From positions 1-34,373 of the IMG/VR virus record IMGVR_UViG_3300025120_000246: a stretch of 34,373 nucleotides of DNA. The stretch is one strand, 5' to 3'. This DNA comes from a virus (lineage: Duplodnaviria > Caudoviricetes). The position numbers and the translations under genes were made by a program. The notes beneath the pieces were generated by a model, which was given only the letters and a program-made list of their open reading frames with translations, ran no database searches and was not told the DNA's origin. Of the stretch, positions 7,157-15,731 are shown in pieces; position 1 is the first letter of the stretch, and each line of letters starts with the position of its first letter.

Positions 7157-8713
7157 ATGAATGATGCATTTGTAGAAAAATTTAAGAATATATTTACGGG
7201 TTTAGAGCGAGCCCATGGTGTGTTTGAAAAATCAAACGAACCACAAAACGGTAAAAAAGTGGAAGCTCGAATGAAGACTGTCCACGAACCGCCGACCACT
7301 GAGAAATTTCAAAAACACTTGAAGGGAGAGTACCCTGCCATGGGTATTGTTCCGATCAACGATGACAATCAGTGTCTGTTTGGCGCTATTGATATTGATG
7401 TATATCCATTAGACCACAAGGCACTACAGAAAAAGATTAAAGATAAAAAATTTCCATTAGTTATGTGTCTATCAAAAAGTGGTGGCGCTCATTTATATTT
7501 ATTTATGAAAGAGGCAGTTACCGCTAAAGAAATACAACTAAAATTAAGTGAAATGGCAACTGCAATTGGATATCCATCAGCGGAAGTTTTTCCTAAACAA
7601 ATTGAGTTATCTCAGAGAGAGGGAGAACAAAAAAGAGATACAGGGAGTTGGATTAACTTACCCTATCATGGAAGAAATAGATACGCACTCAAGGAGGATG
7701 GATCGGGTGCTACACTAGAACAGTTTCTTGCGCTATACGACTCAATGGTCGTTGGTGATCTGTCAAGCATCAAGACAGATTTCAAGAACGAAGTTATCAA
7801 GGACGGACCTCCTTGTTTACAGATACTTACCGAGCAAGGAGTGAGCGATGGTTCCCGCAATAACGCTCTCTTCAATATCGGAGTATTTTATAGGAAGTCT
7901 AGTCCTGATAACTTTGCAGAATTAACGGAAGAATATAATAGAGTATATATCCACCCACCGCTGAAAGCGGATGAGGTAATATCTGTTATACGACAAATAA
8001 GTCAGAGTGATAATGAGGGTGCACCAAAGTATATGTATCGATGTACTCAGCCACCAATTGAGTCTCTTTGTAATAAACGTTTATGTAAGAAGAGAAAATT
8101 TGGTGTAGGTGGTGACAATGACAGAGAGCATCCTGTGTACTCTGATTTAAAAGTTTATAAGTCGGATCCACCGAGATATTTTCTTAATGTTGATGATAGA
8201 AGAGTAGAAATACCTAATACCGAAGACTTAATGAATCATCGTAAAATTATTCAAGCATGTCTTGAGCAATTAAATACAGGGATAATGAACATGAGTGCCG
8301 CAGAGTGGAATAGAACATACTCAGAGTTATTTGAGAATATATCGATTGATTATCCTCCCGAAGAGGTAACCAAGAAAGGTGAATTCAAAGAACTACTAGA
8401 AGAGTTTTGTTTACATCAGGGAGAAGCATTAAGCTTTGATGATATCTTTTTAGGCAAATCCTATAATGAGGAAGGGTATACCTATTTTGCTTTAAAAGAT
8501 TTAATGGATCATTTAAAGAGAAATGATTTTAAAGAGTCTCGAGCATGGGTGACTGTTAGATTGAGAGAAGAGTATGAGGCGGAAGACCTGATCAAGACAG
8601 TAAAAAATGTTAGAATTAGACTTTGGAAAATACAAGAGTTAACCGTAGGACAACCAGAATTAGATATTCCTAATATGGAAAAAGAAGTAAAAGAGGAGGA
8701 GATTCCGTTTTGA
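7157..8713 (+). CDS. AEP-superfamily DNA primase with PriCT/Cys-rich domain
   Basis: AIDID motif I, SKSGGAHLY motif II, INLPY, PPC...GSRNNALF (PriCT-like). Confidence 0.82.
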   Translation: MNDAFVEKFKNIFTGLERAHGVFEKSNEPQNGKKVEARMKTVHEPPTTEKFQKHLKGEYPAMGIVPINDDNQCLFGAIDIDVYPLDHKALQKKIKDKKFPLVMCLSKSGGAHLYLFMKEAVTAKEIQLKLSEMATAIGYPSAEVFPKQIELSQREGEQKRDTGSWINLPYHGRNRYALKEDGSGATLEQFLALYDSMVVGDLSSIKTDFKNEVIKDGPPCLQILTEQGVSDGSRNNALFNIGVFYRKSSPDNFAELTEEYNRVYIHPPLKADEVISVIRQISQSDNEGAPKYMYRCTQPPIESLCNKRLCKKRKFGVGGDNDREHPVYSDLKVYKSDPPRYFLNVDDRRVEIPNTEDLMNHRKIIQACLEQLNTGIMNMSAAEWNRTYSELFENISIDYPPEEVTKKGEFKELLEEFCLHQGEALSFDDIFLGKSYNEEGYTYFALKDLMDHLKRNDFKESRAWVTVRLREEYEAEDLIKTVKNVRIRLWKIQELTVGQPELDIPNMEKEVKEEEIPF

Positions 8714-9672
8714 TAAAGGTATTATTTGGAAATAGTTTTGAGAAGGTAAAAGACTTAGAAGATAACTCTATTGATTGTGTTGTCTCCTCTCCCCCTTACT
8801 TTGGTTTAAGAGATTACGGCAATGAAAATCAAATGGGTTTAGAAAAACACTATAAAGATTACATACAAAACACTGTTAATCTTTTTAGGCTAATGAAACC
8901 TAAATTAAAGGAAACTGCCACAATATGGTGGAATGTGGGAGACAGCTATTACAATTATAGACCAACAAGAAACAAAGGTAATTTACATAAAAGTCCTGAC
9001 TATCATAAACAAACTATTAGTAATTCAAGGCAAGACTTGCCTACGAAAGGTAGTAAGAGAGGTATTGTCTTTGAGGATATAAAAGAAAAAGACTTAATGA
9101 TGATACCTAATAGAGTGGCAATCGCTTTACAGGAAGACGGATGGTATGTGAGATCAGAGATTATCTGGCATAAACCTAATCCAATGCCAGAGAGTGTTAG
9201 AGATAGACCTACTTCCTCTCATGAAAAGATATGGTTAATAACAAAGAATAAATCCTATTACTATGATCATGAGGCAATTAAAGAAGACTGTTTAACTTAC
9301 GATAATTTAAATAGAGATAGAGATACTACTAAACTTAATAATACACCAGGTAGATCAAGAATGGGTGGATTGAAAAAGAATAATTACACAAAGAAAAATA
9401 AAAGAAATGTTTGGAGTATTACTACAAAACCATTTAAGGGAGCACACTTTGCAACATTTCCTCCCGACTTAGTTGAGCCTTGTATTTTAGCGGGATGTCC
9501 AGAGAATGGAACTGTCTTAGATCCTTTTGGTGGATCGGGTACAACAGGACTAGTTGCTCATCAGCACAAAAGAAACGCTATACTGATTGAACTTAACAGA
9601 GAATACAAAGAAGTAATGAAGTTAAGATTTAGTAAGGAAGGAAGTTTATTATTGCAGGTGCAGTATGAGTAA
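8710..9672 (+). CDS. Beta-class N4-cytosine/N6-adenine DNA methyltransferase
   Basis: SPPY motif IV near the N-terminus, HFATFP, and VLDPFGGSGTT motif I near the C-terminus. Confidence 0.92.
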   Translation: MIKVLFGNSFEKVKDLEDNSIDCVVSSPPYFGLRDYGNENQMGLEKHYKDYIQNTVNLFRLMKPKLKETATIWWNVGDSYYNYRPTRNKGNLHKSPDYHKQTISNSRQDLPTKGSKRGIVFEDIKEKDLMMIPNRVAIALQEDGWYVRSEIIWHKPNPMPESVRDRPTSSHEKIWLITKNKSYYYDHEAIKEDCLTYDNLNRDRDTTKLNNTPGRSRMGGLKKNNYTKKNKRNVWSITTKPFKGAHFATFPPDLVEPCILAGCPENGTVLDPFGGSGTTGLVAHQHKRNAILIELNREYKEVMKLRFSKEGSLLLQVQYE

Positions 9673-11254
9673 ACCTATTGTTGTCATCGGACCGCCAGGC
9701 ACGGGCAAAACAACTTTTATCTTAAATAAGATAGAAGAGTATATTGCTGAGGGATACTCGATTGATGAGATTGGTTTCTTTTCTTTTTCAAACAAGGCGG
9801 TAGACGAAGCTAAACAGAGAGCCAGTGAGAAATTCAAAATACCTGCCTCTCAATTAGAAAGCTTTTCCACACTTCACTCTTATGCCTTGCGTCAGCTAGG
9901 TTTAAGTCGTGACTATATAATGAGTAAAAATGATTGGAGAAATGTAGAGGATGTACTTCGGATTAAAATTAATGTTAATAATGATGACGATAGTTTTTAC
10001 AATAACTACGACGACAAATACATTCAGTTAATTGAAAAAGCAAAGAGAAGAGATATTGATTTACGAGATTGTTGGACAATGTTTGCAAAAGATATTATCT
10101 ACCACAAACTTGAGTATATTTCTAAAGGACTAAAAGAATATAAAGAAAAAGGTTATGAAAAGTTTACTGATGGTATTACAGGTTCTTTTGTTAAAGACTC
10201 TGGTCCTAAAATGGATTTTACAGATTTGATTAGTAACTATGTAAAGCAAGATAGAGTCAAACCTTTTCGTGTTGTATTTTTTGATGAGTCACAGGATATG
10301 TCCACGATCCAATGGAAAATGGCAGCGATGATTTGGAAAGCATCAGAGGTGTCTTATATTGCGATGGATCCTAATCAGGCTATCTATACTTGGGCTGACG
10401 CTGATGTGGCAAGAGCCATCGAGGTAAAAACTCAGTCTTCTAAAACAATTGTTTTAAATCAATCAAAGAGAGTACCAAGAAAAATTTGGGAAGTTGTTAA
10501 TCGTGTTGAAGAGCAGATAGTTGCCTACGATGATATTAAATGGAAACCCGCTGAGAGAGATGGGAATGTAGAATTTGTTAAAGGTATCTATCATCTTAAC
10601 GTTTCTGAGGGTAGTTGGTTGGTAATGGGTAGAACAAGGACAATTAGAGAGGATTTAGAAGAAGTATTACGTAAAAAGAATGTATTTTTTCGTGTTAAAA
10701 TGCGGGATAATAAGTATCGTTATTCTGTGAAAGCACAGGAAAGAAATGCTATACTAACTTGGAAAGAATTAATGAGAAGCGAAACAAATGAAGTTCCGAT
10801 TAGAATGATTGATAATTTATATAAAAGCATTGGAAAAGGTTTTGTAGCGAGGGGATATAAAAAAGTAGTGTCGGAACAAAAGAAAGCTTTTCCTGATAAA
10901 AAAATTTGTTTTAAAGAACTAAAAGAAAGTTACGGACTGGAAGCTGAATTTGGAATTTCTTGGGTAGATGTAATGACTACCTTGAATACAGAAACAAGAG
11001 CATACTTGGAAAACCTAGAGTCAAGGGGTGAGGACATAGGCAAAGAACCAAGGATAACGCTATCCACGATCCACCAACAAAAAGGTGGTGAAGCAGATAA
11101 TGTTATTGTCTCTCTTGATATAGGAAAGATGGCGTATGAAGATTACCGCACCAATCCTATTAATGAGCATCGTTTATTTTACGTTGCCTTTTCAAGAGCG
11201 AGACACAATTTATTTGTTGTCTTACCTCAATCAAGGGAGGCTTATAGAATATGA
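9665..11254 (+). CDS. UvrD/Rep-like SF1 helicase
   Basis: GPPGTGKT, STLHS, DESQD, STIHQQKGGEADNV, FYVAFSRA. Confidence 0.92.
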   Translation: MSKPIVVIGPPGTGKTTFILNKIEEYIAEGYSIDEIGFFSFSNKAVDEAKQRASEKFKIPASQLESFSTLHSYALRQLGLSRDYIMSKNDWRNVEDVLRIKINVNNDDDSFYNNYDDKYIQLIEKAKRRDIDLRDCWTMFAKDIIYHKLEYISKGLKEYKEKGYEKFTDGITGSFVKDSGPKMDFTDLISNYVKQDRVKPFRVVFFDESQDMSTIQWKMAAMIWKASEVSYIAMDPNQAIYTWADADVARAIEVKTQSSKTIVLNQSKRVPRKIWEVVNRVEEQIVAYDDIKWKPAERDGNVEFVKGIYHLNVSEGSWLVMGRTRTIREDLEEVLRKKNVFFRVKMRDNKYRYSVKAQERNAILTWKELMRSETNEVPIRMIDNLYKSIGKGFVARGYKKVVSEQKKAFPDKKICFKELKESYGLEAEFGISWVDVMTTLNTETRAYLENLESRGEDIGKEPRITLSTIHQQKGGEADNVIVSLDIGKMAYEDYRTNPINEHRLFYVAFSRARHNLFVVLPQSREAYRI

Positions 11255-11511
11255 ATTTAAAAGAATTAAAAGATCACGGTCTTTTAGATGATGAAATGAT
11301 TAAATGGGATGGTTTTGATGACTGTGTTTTAGGTGTTGGAAGCAGATGTGGGATGGAAGACATTCTTATTTATAGTAGACAAAAAATTGCTTACAAATTA
11401 AGAGACAGAGATAAAATGACAGTAGAAGAGGCTATCGAATATATAGACTATAATATAGTGGGAGCGTTTGTCGGAGAGAGAACTCCTATGCTTTTGGAGG
11501 ATTTTATATGA
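11251..11511 (+). CDS. Conserved-type phage hypothetical protein
   Basis: DGFDDCVLG...EEAIEYIDYNIVGAFVGERTP; ATGA-coupled on both sides. Confidence 0.75.
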   Translation: MNLKELKDHGLLDDEMIKWDGFDDCVLGVGSRCGMEDILIYSRQKIAYKLRDRDKMTVEEAIEYIDYNIVGAFVGERTPMLLEDFI

Positions 11512-13388
11512 GTAAGCAAATAGGAATGTTTAAACCTAAATCCGAGTGGCTACCACCAATGGACTTTCCCGATATTAAAGATGCAAAAAGAATTGCCATC
11601 GATCTAGAGACAAAAGACCCTAACATCACAGAAAAGGGTGCTGGCTGGGCTACAAACGATGGACACATCATTGGAGTAGCTATCGCTGTTGATGGTTGGG
11701 AGGGTTACTACCCTGTTCGACATGAGACAGGTTTTAATCATTCTCCTGAAATAGTTTTTGATTGGTTAAATGAAATGCTATCCACTGACTGCGAGAAGAT
11801 TGCCCATAATGCCTCCTATGATTTTGGTTGGTTACAGGCAGAGGGAGTTAAGTGGAATGGTCGTATTATTGATACGATGATTGCGGGTCCTCTGATTGAT
11901 GAAAATAGATTTAGTTATTCTCTAAATGCAATGTCTAAAGAGTACTTAGGAGAAAGTAAGAGTGAGTTTTTGTTAAAAGAAACAGCGGCACAGTGGGGTG
12001 TCGATGCCAAAGCAGAGATGTATAAGATTCCTGCTCAGTTCGTGGGAGAATACGCAGAGCAAGACGCGGTTCTCTGTCTTAAGCTTTGGGATAGACTGAG
12101 TGTGGAAGTCACTAAAAATAATTTAGAAACTGTTTTTAATTTAGAAACGGATCTTCTTCCTGTTCTTATGGAAATGAGAAAGAAGGGAGTGAGAGTTAAT
12201 TTAGATAAATTAGGGGTAGCAGAAAAAGAGTTAATTAAAAGAGAAAATAAATTACTTAATTTTGTTCACGATAAAACAGGTGGTAAGGTAGATATTTGGG
12301 CGGCTAGATCTATCGCCTCTATCTTTGATCTTTGTAAGATTGATTATCCTAAAACGGATAAAGGTAACCCTAGTTTTACAAAAAGCTTTTTAGAAAATCA
12401 TCCTCATCCCGTGCCAAAGGCAATCGTTCAAGCGAGAGAATACAACAAAGCGCGAACCACGTTTCTCCATACGATAGAAAGATATAACCACAATGGGAGA
12501 ATTCATGCCAATATCAATCAACTACGAACCGAGAATGGCGGAGCGGTGACAGGAAGGTTTAGTTACTCTAACCCTAACCTACAGCAGATACCTGCTCGAG
12601 ATAGTAAAGAGGCAGATATTAAAATTGGAACAATGATTAGAAGTTTATTTTTACCTGAAGAGGGAGAGAAGTGGGGTTCATTTGACTACTCACAGCAGGA
12701 ACCGCGTTTAGTGGTTCATTATGCTGATTTTATAGGTTTAGCTGGTTCAGAAAAGCTCGTAGGAGCTTACAGAGACGATAAAAACACTGACTTCCATACG
12801 ATCATGGCGGAGATTGGAAAAATCGAACGTAAGAGCGCTAAAACCATAAATTTAGGGTTATTCTATGGAATGGGTGTTGGAAAACTAGCAGATCAGCTAG
12901 GAATTGACCCCGAGGAGGCAAAACTACTTATCACCGAATATAATGAGAGAGTTCCCTTTGTTAGGAAGTTAGCTGACCGAGTTTCAGATCACGCAGGTAA
13001 AACAGGAAAGGTAAAAACATTTTTAGGAAGACAATGTCACTTTGATTTGTGGGAGCCAAAAGCTTTTGGTGCTCACCGAGCATATCCTTATGAGAAAGCA
13101 AAAGAGGAGCACGGTATTAATACACCCTTAAAAAGAGCGGGTACATATAAAGCATTGAATAGATTAATTCAGGGTAGTGCTGCCGATCAAACTAAACAGG
13201 CAATGGTGACTCTTCACAAAGAGGGTGTTATTCCAATGATACAAATTCATGATGAACTAGCTATTAGCGTTGATGGTTCGAAAGACCAGCAAGAAAAAAT
13301 AATAGAGGTAATGGAGAATGCTATTGAATTAAATATTCCATCAAAGGTAGATGTCGCTGTGGGAGATAATTGGGGAGAGGCTCAGTGA
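11508..13388 (+). CDS. polA: Family A DNA polymerase with 3'-5' exonuclease
   Basis: DLET, HNASYD, TGRFS...NLQQIP, DYSQQEPR (motif A), KTINLGLFYGMG (motif B), IHDEL (motif C). Confidence 0.96.
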   Translation: MSKQIGMFKPKSEWLPPMDFPDIKDAKRIAIDLETKDPNITEKGAGWATNDGHIIGVAIAVDGWEGYYPVRHETGFNHSPEIVFDWLNEMLSTDCEKIAHNASYDFGWLQAEGVKWNGRIIDTMIAGPLIDENRFSYSLNAMSKEYLGESKSEFLLKETAAQWGVDAKAEMYKIPAQFVGEYAEQDAVLCLKLWDRLSVEVTKNNLETVFNLETDLLPVLMEMRKKGVRVNLDKLGVAEKELIKRENKLLNFVHDKTGGKVDIWAARSIASIFDLCKIDYPKTDKGNPSFTKSFLENHPHPVPKAIVQAREYNKARTTFLHTIERYNHNGRIHANINQLRTENGGAVTGRFSYSNPNLQQIPARDSKEADIKIGTMIRSLFLPEEGEKWGSFDYSQQEPRLVVHYADFIGLAGSEKLVGAYRDDKNTDFHTIMAEIGKIERKSAKTINLGLFYGMGVGKLADQLGIDPEEAKLLITEYNERVPFVRKLADRVSDHAGKTGKVKTFLGRQCHFDLWEPKAFGAHRAYPYEKAKEEHGINTPLKRAGTYKALNRLIQGSAADQTKQAMVTLHKEGVIPMIQIHDELAISVDGSKDQQEKIIEVMENAIELNIPSKVDVAVGDNWGEAQ

Positions 13389-13594
13389 GTGATAAGATAA
13401 ACCCTGATTACTATAAAAGTAAAATAGAGACTGCTGATTATATAGATGCTCATGAAATGGATTATTTTCAAGGTAATGTAATTAAATATGTAACTAGATT
13501 TAAGAAAAAGAATGGATTAGAAGATTTAAAGAAAGCTCAATGGTACTTGCAAAGATTAATTAAAAAATATGAGAATAGCGACGACAGTTATTAA
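13385..13594 (+). CDS. DUF3310 protein (T7 gp1.7-like putative nucleotide kinase)
   Basis: INPDYY...GNVIKY..R...KNGLEDLKKAQWYL; GTGA overlap with the polA stop. Confidence 0.85.
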   Translation: MSDKINPDYYKSKIETADYIDAHEMDYFQGNVIKYVTRFKKKNGLEDLKKAQWYLQRLIKKYENSDDSY

Positions 13595-13686
13595 ACTAAT
13601 AAATTGCAAGAAACACTAATCTAACGACCTTTTCTAAATACACACAAGTTTCCTTCCATATAATTTTGGTCGTCACTATTCTTATA
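13568..13686. repeat. 18-bp imperfect inverted repeat with ~83-nt loop
   Basis: TATGAGAATAGCGACGAC / GTCGTCACTATTCTTATA. Confidence 0.7.
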
Positions 13687-13771
13687 GTTAAAATATCATA
13701 CCTGTTGTGCGTAAACAACAATTCTTTTTTTCTTTCCTGTGGATTAAAAATTATTAAAAAGGAGAAAAATC

Positions 13772-13948
13772 ATGTTTAACTTAACCAACAAAGCAAAAGA
13801 TCATTTCTTAAATTTATTTAAGAGTGATGACAAAGACCAATCAATCAAAGATTTCTGTCAAGCAGAATATAAAAAAGATTGGTATGCAGCCTATAGATCT
13901 TTTAAAGAAGAAGGTCGATTTCCGAATTTTATACGAAGAACTCTTTAA
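13772..13948 (+). CDS. 58-aa small protein (not in ORF track)
   Basis: AAGGAG SD; MFNLTNKAKDHFLNLFKSDDKDQSIKDFCQAEYKKDWYAAYRSFKEEGRFPNFIRRTL; stop shares TTAA with the lysozyme stop. Confidence 0.75.
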   Translation: MFNLTNKAKDHFLNLFKSDDKDQSIKDFCQAEYKKDWYAAYRSFKEEGRFPNFIRRTL

Positions 13949-14394
13949 GTATTAGCTACTATTTCAGCTAGATGCTCGCATCTGTTGGCGGTTTGCTTAT
14001 GCCATCTGGAATCTTTCATCTCGTCTGAGGCTTCCTTCCATTTACTATTCCTCATGTTTTTCCACATCTTGGAGAAATTTCGAACACCTTGAGTTCCTAG
14101 TTGAAAAACCATTTCCACAATAACGTGTTCTATGTGAACAGGTAAATCGTGACCAATACATTCCTCAATTAAAGCATCAGCTCCCGCCGCTGCTCTGTTT
14201 AAATCTAAATCAAATAGTTCATCTATTTCTTCTCTAGAAATTTTTTTTCCTTCAGGAAATCTTTCTCTTTCATGTGGTTTAATAAGGTGTCCTATACCAA
14301 TCGTGGCTTTTCCTAAACTGTCGAAATATACGTGGTCAACAATTCCTTCCGCAGAAGTGACTCTAGCTCTTAATTTATCTGTAATTTCAATCAT
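13945..14394 (-). CDS. T4-like (GH24) lysozyme
   Basis: EG...YFDSLGKATIGIGH (E-D-T triad), MVFQLG..GV..F, DSRWHKQT.NR. Confidence 0.92.
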   Translation of the reverse strand: MIEITDKLRARVTSAEGIVDHVYFDSLGKATIGIGHLIKPHERERFPEGKKISREEIDELFDLDLNRAAAGADALIEECIGHDLPVHIEHVIVEMVFQLGTQGVRNFSKMWKNMRNSKWKEASDEMKDSRWHKQTANRCEHLAEIVANT

Positions 14395-14480
14395 GATGCA
14401 CCTATACCCCAGTGTTCTTCGTGAGGGTCTTTTTCTACCTTTCGTTTAAATATATTTATAATAATTCTTAATAATTTCAT
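14391..14480 (-). CDS. 29-aa micro-ORF coupled to the lysozyme (not in ORF track)
   Basis: Exactly fills the gap (TAA|ATG upstream, ATGA overlap downstream); MKLLRIIINIFKRKVEKDPHEEHWGIGAS. Confidence 0.65.
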   Translation of the reverse strand: MKLLRIIINIFKRKVEKDPHEEHWGIGAS

Positions 14481-15731
14481 TTATTTAAATTTATAACCTA
14501 AACCAGCATATTTGTCTACACTTCCACCCTTTTTAAAATTCATTGATGCTCCGAAGTTTAGTCCTCCCTGACCCAATCTAGCATTTAAGTCAACAGGTTG
14601 TCCAAACACATCTACTGAATTAGAGTAGCCTAATTCAGGTTTCCCTGAAAAAACATTATCAAATGTTAAATTACCTATAGGTGCTTTTATTTGAGGGTTT
14701 TTTGAAAAATTATATAAATCCATTAAAGAAGGTAATCCTGTATTTTCGGCCATAAGAACGGGTTGTCCAATTGGATTTGTTTCAGGAGGTTGATTATAAA
14801 AATCTTCTTTTTGTTTATTTTTCATTTGCTCTTCTTTAAGCATTTTCTCAAATAGGTACTTGTCTAGTATTGTTCTTTCTTGAGGAGATAGTTCAGTTCT
14901 TAAATCTGATCCAATAGTTCCCTCAGGAACAACACCAATACTCTCTAAATATATATTACCCAGGGTATTATTAGGGTCATAGTATTCAGGAAGAGATACA
15001 CCAGCATTGTCTAATCCAAAAATAGAGGGGTCACTCTCGTCTCCAATCTGTCTTGGAGGTATTAGAGGATCTATTGCTTGTGTTTGTATTTTTTCTCTTG
15101 TTAAATCCTGAAATGGATCCTCTGTAGTTGTATAAATTGTGCTACCACCACCCGTTGTTACGGTGGGTTCTCTTAAAATATTTTTTCTTAAATTATCATA
15201 TAAACCTTTGACAGAATCTATTCCCTGTGTAGTTCCACCTTTAACTCGACTAAAAAGATCAGATAAAACGTTACCAATAGTTCCCCCTCTAGCTGCAAAA
15301 TCACCAAAACCCTGTGCTATGTTACCTAAACCAAATCCTATATCTCCCATAACTTCTCTGTTTGTAGGTCCATATTTGTTAGCTGTTTCCTGTCTAAATT
15401 TTTCAAAACTCATAGGAGCATTAGCTCCAAGGTTTCTTGTAAACCTACCAAAACCCTCAGGTCCTTGGTTAACTTCTTTAATTGGATTTAAAAAGTCTTT
15501 TTTAAATTGATTAACTAAATCTGCTTGTTTTTGTCTTTTTTCTAAACGATCATCAGTAATATCTTTTCTACCTCCAAAATAATCTTCTCTAGTTTTATTA
15601 AGACTCTCTCTTCTTTGTATTGCTTTATCTAATTCTTTTGATATTGCTCTGACATCTCTTGATTTCCCTGTGGAAGATGTACCAGGAGAGATAGGTCCAC
15701 TAGTTTTTGTTTTCATACGTATAGGAGCCAT
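14481..15731 (-). CDS. Putative internal virion/ejection protein
   Basis: Late operon position; low-complexity Gly-rich; C-terminal FKKGGSV. Confidence 0.55.
   Translation of the reverse strand: MAPIRMKTKTSGPISPGTSSTGKSRDVRAISKELDKAIQRRESLNKTREDYFGGRKDITDDRLEKRQKQADLVNQFKKDFLNPIKEVNQGPEGFGRFTRNLGANAPMSFEKFRQETANKYGPTNREVMGDIGFGLGNIAQGFGDFAARGGTIGNVLSDLFSRVKGGTTQGIDSVKGLYDNLRKNILREPTVTTGGGSTIYTTTEDPFQDLTREKIQTQAIDPLIPPRQIGDESDPSIFGLDNAGVSLPEYYDPNNTLGNIYLESIGVVPEGTIGSDLRTELSPQERTILDKYLFEKMLKEEQMKNKQKEDFYNQPPETNPIGQPVLMAENTGLPSLMDLYNFSKNPQIKAPIGNLTFDNVFSGKPELGYSNSVDVFGQPVDLNARLGQGGLNFGASMNFKKGGSVDKYAGLGYKFK

Noticed and set aside
2161-9672. Nuclease plus methylase as a restriction-modification pair
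   Set aside because: Genes are 6 kb apart in different operons, and the 120-aa nuclease fits a resolvase better.
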